Shown here in pieces: positions 8,443 through 16,936 of a stretch of DNA of 64,000 nt. The notes beneath the pieces are model-generated. The model ran no database searches. It was not told the origin of the DNA and saw only the letters and a program-made list of their open reading frames with translations. Positions within the stretch are counted from its first letter, which is position 1. Every line of letters begins with the position of its first letter. The stretch is from a virus. Both the position numbers and the translations under genes were made by a program. The DNA lies in the IMG/VR virus record IMGVR_UViG_3300021478_000001, positions 1 through 64,000 of that record, one strand, 5' to 3'.

Positions 8443-9359
8443 GTTGCATCTTCCCATCGGTACTTCTGTTTTGGCATCTTATCTTCGAAGTTGGCTTGAT
8501 GCCATTTCGAGTATTCGCACAAGCAATTTTGAATATCTTGGGCATGTGGTTGTGGCATCTGCTCGGCCTTGAACATCGGCAATAGTTTTTCTCGCAGCCT
8601 CCCTAGTTCTAGGCGGAATTCATCCTCTTTCCAAACATCCTTGCGATTGCGGCCGCAAACATAATTTAATCCTCTTTTTGAACCGGGTCCACTGGCAGCA
8701 AACGTATGCCAGTCTGATGCTTGACGAAGAGGCTCGTGGTATTTTATATCAGCAATCACTTGTGCGGTCATGAAGCTGCCAAATCCTTGCATGCTGCCAA
8801 GCAATATGTGAAATGAGTTGAGTGTGTCACCTGCCTTTGGTCGCAGTCTTTCTCGTGCTTTCCACAATGGTTCAATCACTTCATGTGCTAGATAAGCAAC
8901 TTTTGGAATATGAAAAGAGTCTTTTGTTAAATAATCCATGTTATCAACACTCGTTCCGGCAGTTGATACCATGTAGGCACCATTAAAGATCTTGCCGCCA
9001 GTCTTATAATAGCGACCAAGCAATCGTAGAAAAGTTGTTTTGTTGAACGGCACTGGATAGCCAACTATTTCTAAACTTTCAGGTAGATTGAGTATACGGG
9101 CAACGCACATGGCGAACCATAGTTCCGGATCATTGCTGTGCGGATTGCGCCAATTTTCTCTGATCCAAACAGTAACCTTGTCATCTTCGCGGTAGATGTT
9201 GCAGAAGCGATAACCACTAAGAATAGGATCATTCGTCCATGGTGGTCTATCACCGGCTTGGCGGCGCATGTAAATCATGTATCGTTCATGAGCGAACGCG
9301 AATATACGTTCTACTGGATCCTTGATGTTTTTGATCATACGCTCTTTAGGATCTTTCAT
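8439..9359 (-). CDS. aGPT-PPlase clade 1 / 5hmdU DNA kinase helical-domain protein (HhH glycosylase-like fold)
   Basis: WTNDPILSGYRFCNIYREDDKVT, GAYMV, GFGSFMTAQVIAD, GPGSKRGL, DIQNCLCEYSK; GGAGG RBS before ATG 9359. Confidence 0.8.
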   Translation of the reverse strand: MKDPKERMIKNIKDPVERIFAFAHERYMIYMRRQAGDRPPWTNDPILSGYRFCNIYREDDKVTVWIRENWRNPHSNDPELWFAMCVARILNLPESLEIVGYPVPFNKTTFLRLLGRYYKTGGKIFNGAYMVSTAGTSVDNMDYLTKDSFHIPKVAYLAHEVIEPLWKARERLRPKAGDTLNSFHILLGSMQGFGSFMTAQVIADIKYHEPLRQASDWHTFAASGPGSKRGLNYVCGRNRKDVWKEDEFRLELGRLREKLLPMFKAEQMPQPHAQDIQNCLCEYSKWHQANFEDKMPKQKYRWEDAT

Positions 9360-9588
9360 GTTTGTGTTCCTCCTCGACGATTTCTCCAGTTTCTCTATCA
9401 AACTCATAAGCTACACCTTGCACTATATCACCCGCTACTAACGGCTTGCCTTTGCGCTTTAGTTCTATGACTCGTACATCATTGATCGTGACAGGACCGG
9501 TGTTGGTTTCTTTCGCAACGAAACCAATCCAATTTGTACGCATCCCTTCGATGATAGTATCTAGATCATTTTTGTCTTTCGACATCAT
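9346..9588 (-). CDS. hypothetical protein
   Basis: Coupled ORF in the operon. Confidence 0.5.
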   Translation of the reverse strand: MMSKDKNDLDTIIEGMRTNWIGFVAKETNTGPVTINDVRVIELKRKGKPLVAGDIVQGVAYEFDRETGEIVEEEHKHERS

Positions 9589-10094
9589 GGTGCGCCCCAT
9601 CGTGATAGATATTTGAACACAGCCATGCCATCCTCCGATGACAGACCTAACTTTTCCAGCGCGGCAAACGTGTCTGCTATGATAGGATGAGCGAACTGGT
9701 TTCCCATCAATAGTTCCACGCGGCCGAATTCATGCATGTCTATCAGGTCGCATGCCTTGGCGCGCAGCTTTTCTTGGCCAGAAATATCAGGAAACACTCC
9801 TCCCATATTCTTGACAGCTTCTGTTTCTAGTGTGTTTATCGTATGCTTCAGGATGTCATTGTTAGCTTTGACTGGGAATGGGAGATCACCAGTCACCAAT
9901 TCACCGGCGTCGTGCCAGATAAAGTAAGTAGTAATGTAGGCGTTCGGTGGTCCCCAGATTTCATCCCAGATACGCAAGCATTGCCAAGTGTGTTCACCTA
10001 CAGTTTGACGTTGATGCGTCATCCAAGTGTGGTAACGCATAACGCTTCCGGCATAGCGAGGATTGTGCAGCACATCGTTGCGTTTCAAGTTCAT
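9585..10094 (-). CDS. HD-domain phosphohydrolase (YfbR-like deoxynucleotidase)
   Basis: VMRYHT, QTVGEH, WHDAGELVTGDLPFPVK, KACDLID. Confidence 0.88.
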   Translation of the reverse strand: MNLKRNDVLHNPRYAGSVMRYHTWMTHQRQTVGEHTWQCLRIWDEIWGPPNAYITTYFIWHDAGELVTGDLPFPVKANNDILKHTINTLETEAVKNMGGVFPDISGQEKLRAKACDLIDMHEFGRVELLMGNQFAHPIIADTFAALEKLGLSSEDGMAVFKYLSRWGAP

Positions 10095-10104
10095 ATGGGC
10101 GCCT

Positions 10105-10248
10105 CTACATTTTATGAGATGCAACAGCAACAATGCAACCAGCTAGTCCCAGCGAAACGAAAACAGCCCAAGCGTCTTGCCACCAGAACCAAAGAAATAG
10201 CAAGCAGATGCCAAGTCCAAAATGGAATAAGCCAAGAAATAATTTCAC
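10105..10248 (-). CDS. 47-aa membrane peptide (absent from ORF track)
   Basis: GAGG RBS, GTG start, MKLFLGLFHFGLGICLLFLWFWWQDAWAVFVSLGLAGCIVAVASHKM; fills the intergenic gap. Confidence 0.55.
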   Translation of the reverse strand: MKLFLGLFHFGLGICLLFLWFWWQDAWAVFVSLGLAGCIVAVASHKM

Positions 10249-10261
10249 AGTCGTACCTCTT

Positions 10262-10600
10262 TTAACAAATTACTGTGATTGGATCAAGCTTTATGTAGTG
10301 TGGATCTAGCTCGTGAAAAGCGATATTAAAGTTGATCGTTATTTTCTCATCCTTCTTGAATGCTTGTTGTATTATAAAATCCATGGCTTGCTGCAATGTT
10401 CGCCATGGTTTGTCATAGGTGCCAAGTTGTGGAAGATCAACTGGATAAGATTGATCAATATAAAAATCATAACCACCTATATACAAAGTGGTTAGGTTCC
10501 GTCCTGATAAGATCAATAATGCTCGCACCGGCATCAAGGATGCATACGGCACTATCGCAGGTGCAGCCAGAGCAAACAGTGTAGAGCGGCGCGTCAACAT
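10262..10600 (-). CDS. protein with twin-arginine-like N-terminus
   Basis: MLTRRSTLFALAAPAIVPYASLMPV; GTYDKPWRTLQQA motif. Confidence 0.55.
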   Translation of the reverse strand: MLTRRSTLFALAAPAIVPYASLMPVRALLILSGRNLTTLYIGGYDFYIDQSYPVDLPQLGTYDKPWRTLQQAMDFIIQQAFKKDEKITINFNIAFHELDPHYIKLDPITVIC

Positions 10601-10782
10601 TTCACATTCTTCCTTCGTTGGTGTTCTTCTATCACGGCATTTTCTACATGACAATACAGTTCATGTTCAAAGATTGGATCATAACAACCATGTTGTTCTA
10701 TGTATTCCACCATCGCCAGCACTGTTTCATACGGTACATTTAATTTCTGTGCGATAGCAAAGTACGGATATGACTGTGACAT
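10594..10782 (-). CDS. hypothetical protein
   Basis: Coupled small ORF. Confidence 0.5.
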   Translation of the reverse strand: MSQSYPYFAIAQKLNVPYETVLAMVEYIEQHGCYDPIFEHELYCHVENAVIEEHQRRKNVKC

Positions 10783-10785
10783 CTT

Positions 10786-10923
10786 TTAAGGACTCCACAT
10801 CATCACGGCGTAAACAATGGCAGCTACTAGCACAGCCAAGAAAAGTTGGAACACGCCTAGACGACCTGCCGCCGCCAAGGCTCCAATCGTCAATATGATT
10901 AGAGCCATTAGCAACGGTTCCAT
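10786..10923 (-). CDS. 45-aa membrane peptide (absent from ORF track)
   Basis: ATG overlaps the SSB-like stop (TAATG); MEPLLMALIILTIGALAAAGRLGVFQLFLAVLVAAIVYAVMMWSP. Confidence 0.55.
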   Translation of the reverse strand: MEPLLMALIILTIGALAAAGRLGVFQLFLAVLVAAIVYAVMMWSP

Positions 10924-11828
10924 TAGTATGGGATTTTGTCTGGATCCCCGGCAGCATCAGCACGGTCGGCTTCATCTATGCCCGCATCTTCAGGCGCTTC
11001 CATCTTTCGGCCACTTCGGAAAGCTTCAGCCAGTGCTTGGCCCATCATGTAGGCTCTGTTAGGATCATTGCCTACAATCTTTAATCCTTCCCGATGAGGT
11101 TTTTCGGGAAAGCCACTCAGATAGAACATTGGTTCACCCACATCTATGGTATACCATTGTCCTTGATTGTTGCTCTGCATGATTGTAGTGAGATGATACA
11201 GATGGCTCCATGCTGGCCATATATTGCTGTTGTTGGTGTTGCTTCCTCCTCGCACGCGGCGTTGCAGACTGGTACGCTTGGTCATCCAGGATCTGCTGAC
11301 TTTGTGCCCGGTGCTTTTAAAAGGAATGACATAAGGATATGGATTCCCATCGTGCCACACAAAGCCCGCTTCGTATCGTGTGTCCACACAATCATTTCCA
11401 GTATCTGGAAAATAATAGCGTGGTCTGTTCTTTACCTTGTCGTCACGCGTCGCACCCTCTGGCAGCTTGCCACCATTGTAGTCGTAGCTGGCAATGAAGC
11501 CGCCACCTTGCGCTCGTGGGATCCATTCGGTCCACTTCTGGTACATCACACACGGTTGAAAATCGATGCCGACTTTTCCCTGTATGATAGGAACATGGAA
11601 ATTCTTGAGCCAGAAATCCCCGCTCCTCGCGTTTTCCATATGTGCTGGCCCGTCCAGAACCTGTGGACTCAATGGTTGCAGTACATAGATAAGAGGTACT
11701 AGATTATCAGCAGCATCAGTGCTGACGCCTTTCCCCATGTCTTCGTCAAGAGCGCGCAGAACTTCTTCGCTGACTGGAATTTCTTTTTCCAGTTCTGTGC
11801 CAGCAGTAGTCGCGGGGGCTTTAGCCAT
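10923..11828 (-). CDS. putative single-stranded DNA-binding protein
   Basis: LIYVLQPLSPQV, EWIPRAQGGGFI, NNQGQWY; acidic tail ending DPDKIPY; position in a PolA replication module. Confidence 0.65.
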   Translation of the reverse strand: MAKAPATTAGTELEKEIPVSEEVLRALDEDMGKGVSTDAADNLVPLIYVLQPLSPQVLDGPAHMENARSGDFWLKNFHVPIIQGKVGIDFQPCVMYQKWTEWIPRAQGGGFIASYDYNGGKLPEGATRDDKVKNRPRYYFPDTGNDCVDTRYEAGFVWHDGNPYPYVIPFKSTGHKVSRSWMTKRTSLQRRVRGGSNTNNSNIWPAWSHLYHLTTIMQSNNQGQWYTIDVGEPMFYLSGFPEKPHREGLKIVGNDPNRAYMMGQALAEAFRSGRKMEAPEDAGIDEADRADAAGDPDKIPY

Positions 11829-12449
11829 TTATTTCTCCTTCACTGGATTGAGCTTGACCATCTTGCTTACTGTAGCACCCAAGATGGTCAGATCTTTGTC
11901 GCTGAGCGGCTTGCCATCTTGAAAGCGTTCCTTCACCACGGCTGTCAAAGTTTTCCATGGCACCGTTTCTTCTATTGTTGGAACGACCCCAAGTTTAGTT
12001 AATGCTGCCAATACTTTTTTCAGCAGTTTGTCTTGTCCTAGTCCTAGTTCTATAGTCAAGGTGGTTTTGATGATGTCTCCCAGCTTGTGCTTGCGCACCC
12101 ATTGCAGCGCCGCTTTGCGCTGACTGGATGGCCAATCACTTTTGATCACTGCATGATAATGGTCATTCAGCTTGGCCTCATATGCTGGCAAGTTTCCTTG
12201 TGCAGCAATTTCCAAACGATTGAGACCTACCTGCATGAACATGGTGGGCAAAGCGTCAAAGATCAAGTTGCGCTTCGTCTGGTTTAGTTCGCTGATATGG
12301 TTTTCCAAATCAGCTATCTTGAATTCTATGTCGCGAACCTCCCTGATTTTATCACGTATGAATTCCAGCTTGTCGGCTGGCGGTTTGGTCGCCATGTCCT
12401 TTTCTATCTGCTCCAACAAAGCAGCGTTTGATGTTTTCTGTTCCATCAT
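11829..12449 (-). CDS. conserved phage replication-module protein (coiled-coil N-terminus)
   Basis: LPTMFMQVG, AALQWVRKHKLGDIIK, VPWKTLTAVVKE pattern typical of the gene preceding SSB in PolA phages. Confidence 0.7.
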   Translation of the reverse strand: MMEQKTSNAALLEQIEKDMATKPPADKLEFIRDKIREVRDIEFKIADLENHISELNQTKRNLIFDALPTMFMQVGLNRLEIAAQGNLPAYEAKLNDHYHAVIKSDWPSSQRKAALQWVRKHKLGDIIKTTLTIELGLGQDKLLKKVLAALTKLGVVPTIEETVPWKTLTAVVKERFQDGKPLSDKDLTILGATVSKMVKLNPVKEK

Positions 12450-12622
12450 GCTGCACTCTGTGGATCTTCAAACCAGGAACAGAATTCTTCCAAGGCTATT
12501 TCCCAGCGGCTGTCTTGCTTGGCCACCTCCGTTATCGTTTTTCTTTTAGCTTTCCAGTTGCCTTCTTCATCAATAACTTCTCTGATGAGTGTGAACAGCT
12601 GTTCGATCTTTTGGTTAGTCAC
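12446..12622 (-). CDS. hypothetical protein
   Basis: GAGGAG RBS before GTG 12622. Confidence 0.5.
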   Translation of the reverse strand: MTNQKIEQLFTLIREVIDEEGNWKAKRKTITEVAKQDSRWEIALEEFCSWFEDPQSAA

Positions 12623-12816
12623 TTTTGCTTCTCCTCTTGTATTAAATAAGAATGGTTGAGTAGAATCAGCTCTCCATGTTCTTCTGGCCAATCCACTGTC
12701 AACCGATTTCTTTGCTGGTATACATAGCGATTGCCGAAGACTGCGCCATCAAAGCTAGAGCTGAGCAACACGTAGCCTTGTCGTTGAAGCCACCACATTG
12801 CTAATCGGGTAATCAT
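12619..12816 (-). CDS. hypothetical protein
   Basis: GAGG RBS before ATG 12816. Confidence 0.5.
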   Translation of the reverse strand: MITRLAMWWLQRQGYVLLSSSFDGAVFGNRYVYQQRNRLTVDWPEEHGELILLNHSYLIQEEKQK

Positions 12817-12862
12817 CTGGCTACCTCTAGCATAGCACATCCGTTACTGTTAGCAACTTCTT

Positions 12863-14488
12863 TTAGTTGGATTTGGGCTTGAATGTTTTTAGTTCCTCAG
12901 TCCTGAGTGGTTTCCCATCTATGATCGATCGCATATAACGCCCTATTTCACCTTCCCCGACTATATCATCCTTATCCATTTTCTTGGCCCAGAACTCATC
13001 GGAAACTCCAACGTCCATTTCCTCCATCATGGCGTGGTCTTTTCCAGGCACAGTTATTTTCACTTGATATCCAGCCCATGTAAATTCTCGCACACCACGA
13101 AAATGCAGCTTGGTCACGGTGCCATCACTGCGCACATGCGGCCGCACCATATGGAACACTTTCTTGCGCACCCCATGTTCTGTTAGTTGATAATCCCGAT
13201 CTTGAAAGAAATAGCTCATGCGTCGTGGGTCAAGAGAGAACAAGGCATGCTGCCCTTTTTTGTTTATCACCGAGACACGGACCATGGAAAAGGCGGCATA
13301 CTCCAAGTGTTCTACCAAGCCACAGAACAAATTGTTCAACAGCTTCCTGCTGCTGGTATGGTGCAACTTGGCCCAATCGTCGGCATGGTGCGGCAGTTTC
13401 CAGGCGCGTTGTGGTATATGGTTCAATCCATATTTCTTGCTGTAGATGGGAAACATCTCTGTTGATATCGTGCGAAGTATTTCCACCTTGCCGTCAGCGC
13501 TTATGAAGATAGGATATTCTTCAGGCACTCCGTATTTCATTTTCTTTTCTTCAGGCTTATCCCACCACACGGTCATTTTGTAAACATCACCGCCATTCTT
13601 AGGCTGTACTTCCGGGGGTGCTTCGTGGTCCTGATATTTGACGAAGTACATGAACTTGGGAATCCATGTTCTATACTTATCCTTCTGTGGATCTTTGCGA
13701 TATTCACCACGTTCTATCTTTTCTATTTCTGGACTGGTGCCATAGGCCACGCATCCAAATGCTGGACGATGACGCAGGAACCACGATGATGGCTCGGCAA
13801 ATTTTCTGTATTCATTTTTAGGATGTTCTTTTTCTGGATCCCAGGTATCGGGAACGGCGAGATACGGCAGCAACATGGCACCAACATGAGTATAGAATTC
13901 GTAAGCGCCTTTGTCGTGCCTGCGCATCCGTTCTAGATAAACGTAGTAGCGTTCCAATTGGTCAAGCACAGTATCACGGAAATTAAACTCTCCAAATAAT
14001 TCATGTGGATCATACAGCACTTCTGTCTTGCGATCGCTGTGATGTTTATCAACTAGATATTTGTCAGCTATACTGAAATGATTACCATCATCAGTGTATT
14101 GAAGTTCTGGTTGTTTGACTTTCGGCTTGGGATTTCCTATGCGCTCTATCGGAGTTGGTGGCGTGCCCTGTGGCACCACGAACCTATCAAACTTGCGTCG
14201 TCGTCGTTCATAAATACGCGCCTCCTTGCTCATACCTCTCCGAGTGGCGCGATTGGGTTTGAACTCTGGTTGTTCTGGTTGTTCATCCTTCTGGCGATCC
14301 TGCGTCCAGCACTGGCCACATATATGCCCTTCATTCTCTGTGCCAAGAAGCACTGGATCTATCTGGTTGATTCCACAACGTGGGCACAGTTTTTTCTCGG
14401 CATCTTCTTTGGGTTCAGATGCTTGTGCTTTCTTCCATTTGAGTTTGGATACCAGTGAGCGAAACTTTTGCAGCAGATTGCGCCACAT
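12863..14488 (-). CDS. large hypothetical protein with N-terminal Zn finger
   Basis: Long ORF, GGAGG RBS before ATG 14488; CPRC..CGQC; C-terminal HMVRPHVR..HFRG. Confidence 0.75.
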   Translation of the reverse strand: MWRNLLQKFRSLVSKLKWKKAQASEPKEDAEKKLCPRCGINQIDPVLLGTENEGHICGQCWTQDRQKDEQPEQPEFKPNRATRRGMSKEARIYERRRRKFDRFVVPQGTPPTPIERIGNPKPKVKQPELQYTDDGNHFSIADKYLVDKHHSDRKTEVLYDPHELFGEFNFRDTVLDQLERYYVYLERMRRHDKGAYEFYTHVGAMLLPYLAVPDTWDPEKEHPKNEYRKFAEPSSWFLRHRPAFGCVAYGTSPEIEKIERGEYRKDPQKDKYRTWIPKFMYFVKYQDHEAPPEVQPKNGGDVYKMTVWWDKPEEKKMKYGVPEEYPIFISADGKVEILRTISTEMFPIYSKKYGLNHIPQRAWKLPHHADDWAKLHHTSSRKLLNNLFCGLVEHLEYAAFSMVRVSVINKKGQHALFSLDPRRMSYFFQDRDYQLTEHGVRKKVFHMVRPHVRSDGTVTKLHFRGVREFTWAGYQVKITVPGKDHAMMEEMDVGVSDEFWAKKMDKDDIVGEGEIGRYMRSIIDGKPLRTEELKTFKPKSN

Positions 14489-14489
14489 C

Positions 14490-14699
14490 TTAGTCCTCCC
14501 CATAGCTCCTAGGAAATCTGCAATTATTGCAGCGATGTCTCCAATCTCCATGCGCTTTATCAAGGGGTGGTAGAGCAGTCCATCCCTCGCTACGCAGTTT
14601 CTCTATGGCTTCATGAAAGTCAGCAGTTTCAGAAGCTAGAATTTCTTGGCAGGTATCACACTCAAACTCTATTTTGCCTTTGATCCTATGGAGGGTCAC
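14490..14699 (-). CDS. small Zn-ribbon protein
   Basis: CDTC...EGW...HRCNNC; GGAGG RBS. Confidence 0.6.
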   Translation of the reverse strand: MTLHRIKGKIEFECDTCQEILASETADFHEAIEKLRSEGWTALPPLDKAHGDWRHRCNNCRFPRSYGED

Positions 14700-14841
14700 A
14701 TCAGTCCTCCTATATATTGTCCCCTAGCTCTGCGTTGGCGACACCAGCCAGAGCTGAACGGTATGTGGAATACCGCAGAGGTCGGGGCAGCCTCTGTATC
14801 GGCGGCACCAGAGTGTCGTTCCAGACGCCGCGATCCGAATT

Positions 14842-15015
14842 CTATAGTCGCCCCATCAACAGCAGCACTACAACTACAATTAGGATGATGCCTAGGACAC
14901 CGATGCCTCCGTGTCCAAAACCATATCCATATCCTCCTACATAGTTCCCGCCGAAACCACCGCCTAGCAGGAGCACGATAAGGATGATGACTAAAACTAT
15001 GCCGAGTGTGGACAT
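14842..15015 (-). CDS. DUF3309-like small membrane protein (absent from ORF track)
   Basis: AGGAG RBS; MSTLGIVLVIILIVLLLGGGFGGNYVGGYGYGFGHGGIGVLGIILIVVVVLLLMGRL. Confidence 0.75.
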   Translation of the reverse strand: MSTLGIVLVIILIVLLLGGGFGGNYVGGYGYGFGHGGIGVLGIILIVVVVLLLMGRL

Positions 15016-15031
15016 TAGAGTTCTCCTGTTG

Positions 15032-16645
15032 TTAGATCAACCAGTCCTCATAGTTTGCGCCAGTGATTATCCTGGCTAGATCAAGCTTCTTGCGCAACGC
15101 CTTCACAATCTTTTCTTCTACCGTGCCACGTGTGATCAGATCAATATATGTCACGGTCTTAGTCTGTCCCACACGATGGTTCCTATCCTCTGCCTGATAT
15201 CGGTGTTCCAGGTCATAGCTGTTGGCAGCGAATATAACCAGATCGGCAACGTTCCAGGTGTTCCCTTTACCTCCAGTTTGAGGTGTGCTGAGCATGAACC
15301 GGCAATTAGGATCTCCAAGAAATCTTTTTTCATCCTCTGCCCGTGTCTTAACATTTCCACCCCAAAAACAAGCCACGGCTTGCGGCCCATACATTAAACT
15401 ACTGTCGCCGTTTTTCGCTGCGCGTATGGCGTGCGCCGTCTTGCGCAATTCACGATCGTATGTCACCCAGATAATCGCCTTGCCATCGTGTTCTTCCAAT
15501 ATATCTAGTATCGCATCAATGCGTCGGCTGGGAATGTCCTCGATTTCCCCGTCTTCGGTTTTCACATGGCCACACACTATCTGGTGCAAGCGCACCATCT
15601 GCGACAGCACATTGATTGCCGATACATACTTGCCACTCTTGAGTTCGGCCATCGCCTGATGACGTATGTCTTTATAGATTTTCGTCTGCTCAGGAGTCAA
15701 TGTCAAATCGCGTGGCTCATATACCTTGGGCTTCAGGTCCAAACAATCCTTCTTCATAACACGATAGCAGTATGGTTCGTACATCGTGCGCAGTTCATTC
15801 AGGTTCTGGTAATGATCTATCAACGGCACGCCTTCTATGTAGCCTCCGTTATTAATTATGAAATCAGCACGCTGCTGGATTGTCCAATCTTTGGTGTCCG
15901 GCATCCGTATTCTTTTCCTGGTGCACATCTGGCGCAGCCGCATATCCACTATCGGCTCGGGTGGTGCATTCATCAATCGCATCTTCGCATAGCGCGCCCG
16001 GAATGCCACGAAGCTATTGAAGTTGAGTATTCGCGGGTCCAGGAAATACATTTGATAAAATAGATCAAGCGGACTTCGTGGAACTATTAGTCCTGTTAAG
16101 ATTCGCCGACTACGCGCGAACTTGGCCAGCCGCATGATTGCTTTGGTGCGACTACTGCGACCATGACGGATGGTCGTGCTTTCGTCTATCACCATCATTC
16201 CTTTACCAGCACTGAGAAACTGTCGGCACAATAATTCAGTTTCAGTATCCTTGCCTCTGCTCAACGCTTCGATATTCACAAACAGAGCTCGCGGCACCTT
16301 GCCGTTGCTTTCTATCAAGGCAGCACGTCGGTTTCTATCAGCTGCGGTTTTTCTATTATTCGCTATCAGCAATTTCTTCAGCAACATAGGGTCTAGATGG
16401 GTTTCCAATTCGCTTTGTTGATCGTCGCTCTTGCTTTCATACCAATTGCGTATGCAGCCGTTCGGTGCGATTACCAATAAATCTGTCAACTCATTCTTGT
16501 TGACTCTTTGCTGCCACTCGTACAACACCATGGCAGATTTTCCAGTTCCAGTTTCAGCCATATGGGCAAACGCCATAGGCTTGCGCAATGCCCGCTTCAC
16601 AGCTTCTAGCTGATGCGTCATCGGAGTAGAACGGCTGACAAACAT
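15032..16645 (-). CDS. SNF2-family helicase
   Basis: ETGTGKS, IDEST, ILTG, GGKGNTW, QAEDRNHRVGQ. Confidence 0.93.
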   Translation of the reverse strand: MFVSRSTPMTHQLEAVKRALRKPMAFAHMAETGTGKSAMVLYEWQQRVNKNELTDLLVIAPNGCIRNWYESKSDDQQSELETHLDPMLLKKLLIANNRKTAADRNRRAALIESNGKVPRALFVNIEALSRGKDTETELLCRQFLSAGKGMMVIDESTTIRHGRSSRTKAIMRLAKFARSRRILTGLIVPRSPLDLFYQMYFLDPRILNFNSFVAFRARYAKMRLMNAPPEPIVDMRLRQMCTRKRIRMPDTKDWTIQQRADFIINNGGYIEGVPLIDHYQNLNELRTMYEPYCYRVMKKDCLDLKPKVYEPRDLTLTPEQTKIYKDIRHQAMAELKSGKYVSAINVLSQMVRLHQIVCGHVKTEDGEIEDIPSRRIDAILDILEEHDGKAIIWVTYDRELRKTAHAIRAAKNGDSSLMYGPQAVACFWGGNVKTRAEDEKRFLGDPNCRFMLSTPQTGGKGNTWNVADLVIFAANSYDLEHRYQAEDRNHRVGQTKTVTYIDLITRGTVEEKIVKALRKKLDLARIITGANYEDWLI

Positions 16646-16936
16646 TCTAGGATATCTATTTTGCTAGTGATCGGGACGCATGCTAGCAAATAATAATGAG
16701 AAAGGCAAGCCCCCTTGTTAGGGCTAACAGATCATAGATAATAAAAAAGCCAGCGCAAGTCGGCGCGGGGCTGAAGTAGGAAATTTATTTTTTACTTCTT
16801 TTCGTGATTAACTGCTTGTTTAATTAAGGCCATCCATGATCATGAACTTCACTGATAAACATAGTTAAGTCAAAATCATTTAGTGTTCGGATGAACGCTA
16901 ATTCTTCCTTGGAGATTTTTTGATTATTAGACATGA

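Noticed and set aside
9585-10094. HD protein as DatZ of a 2-aminoadenine (Z) genome
   Set aside because: No PurZ homologue in the window; the context points to thymidine modification
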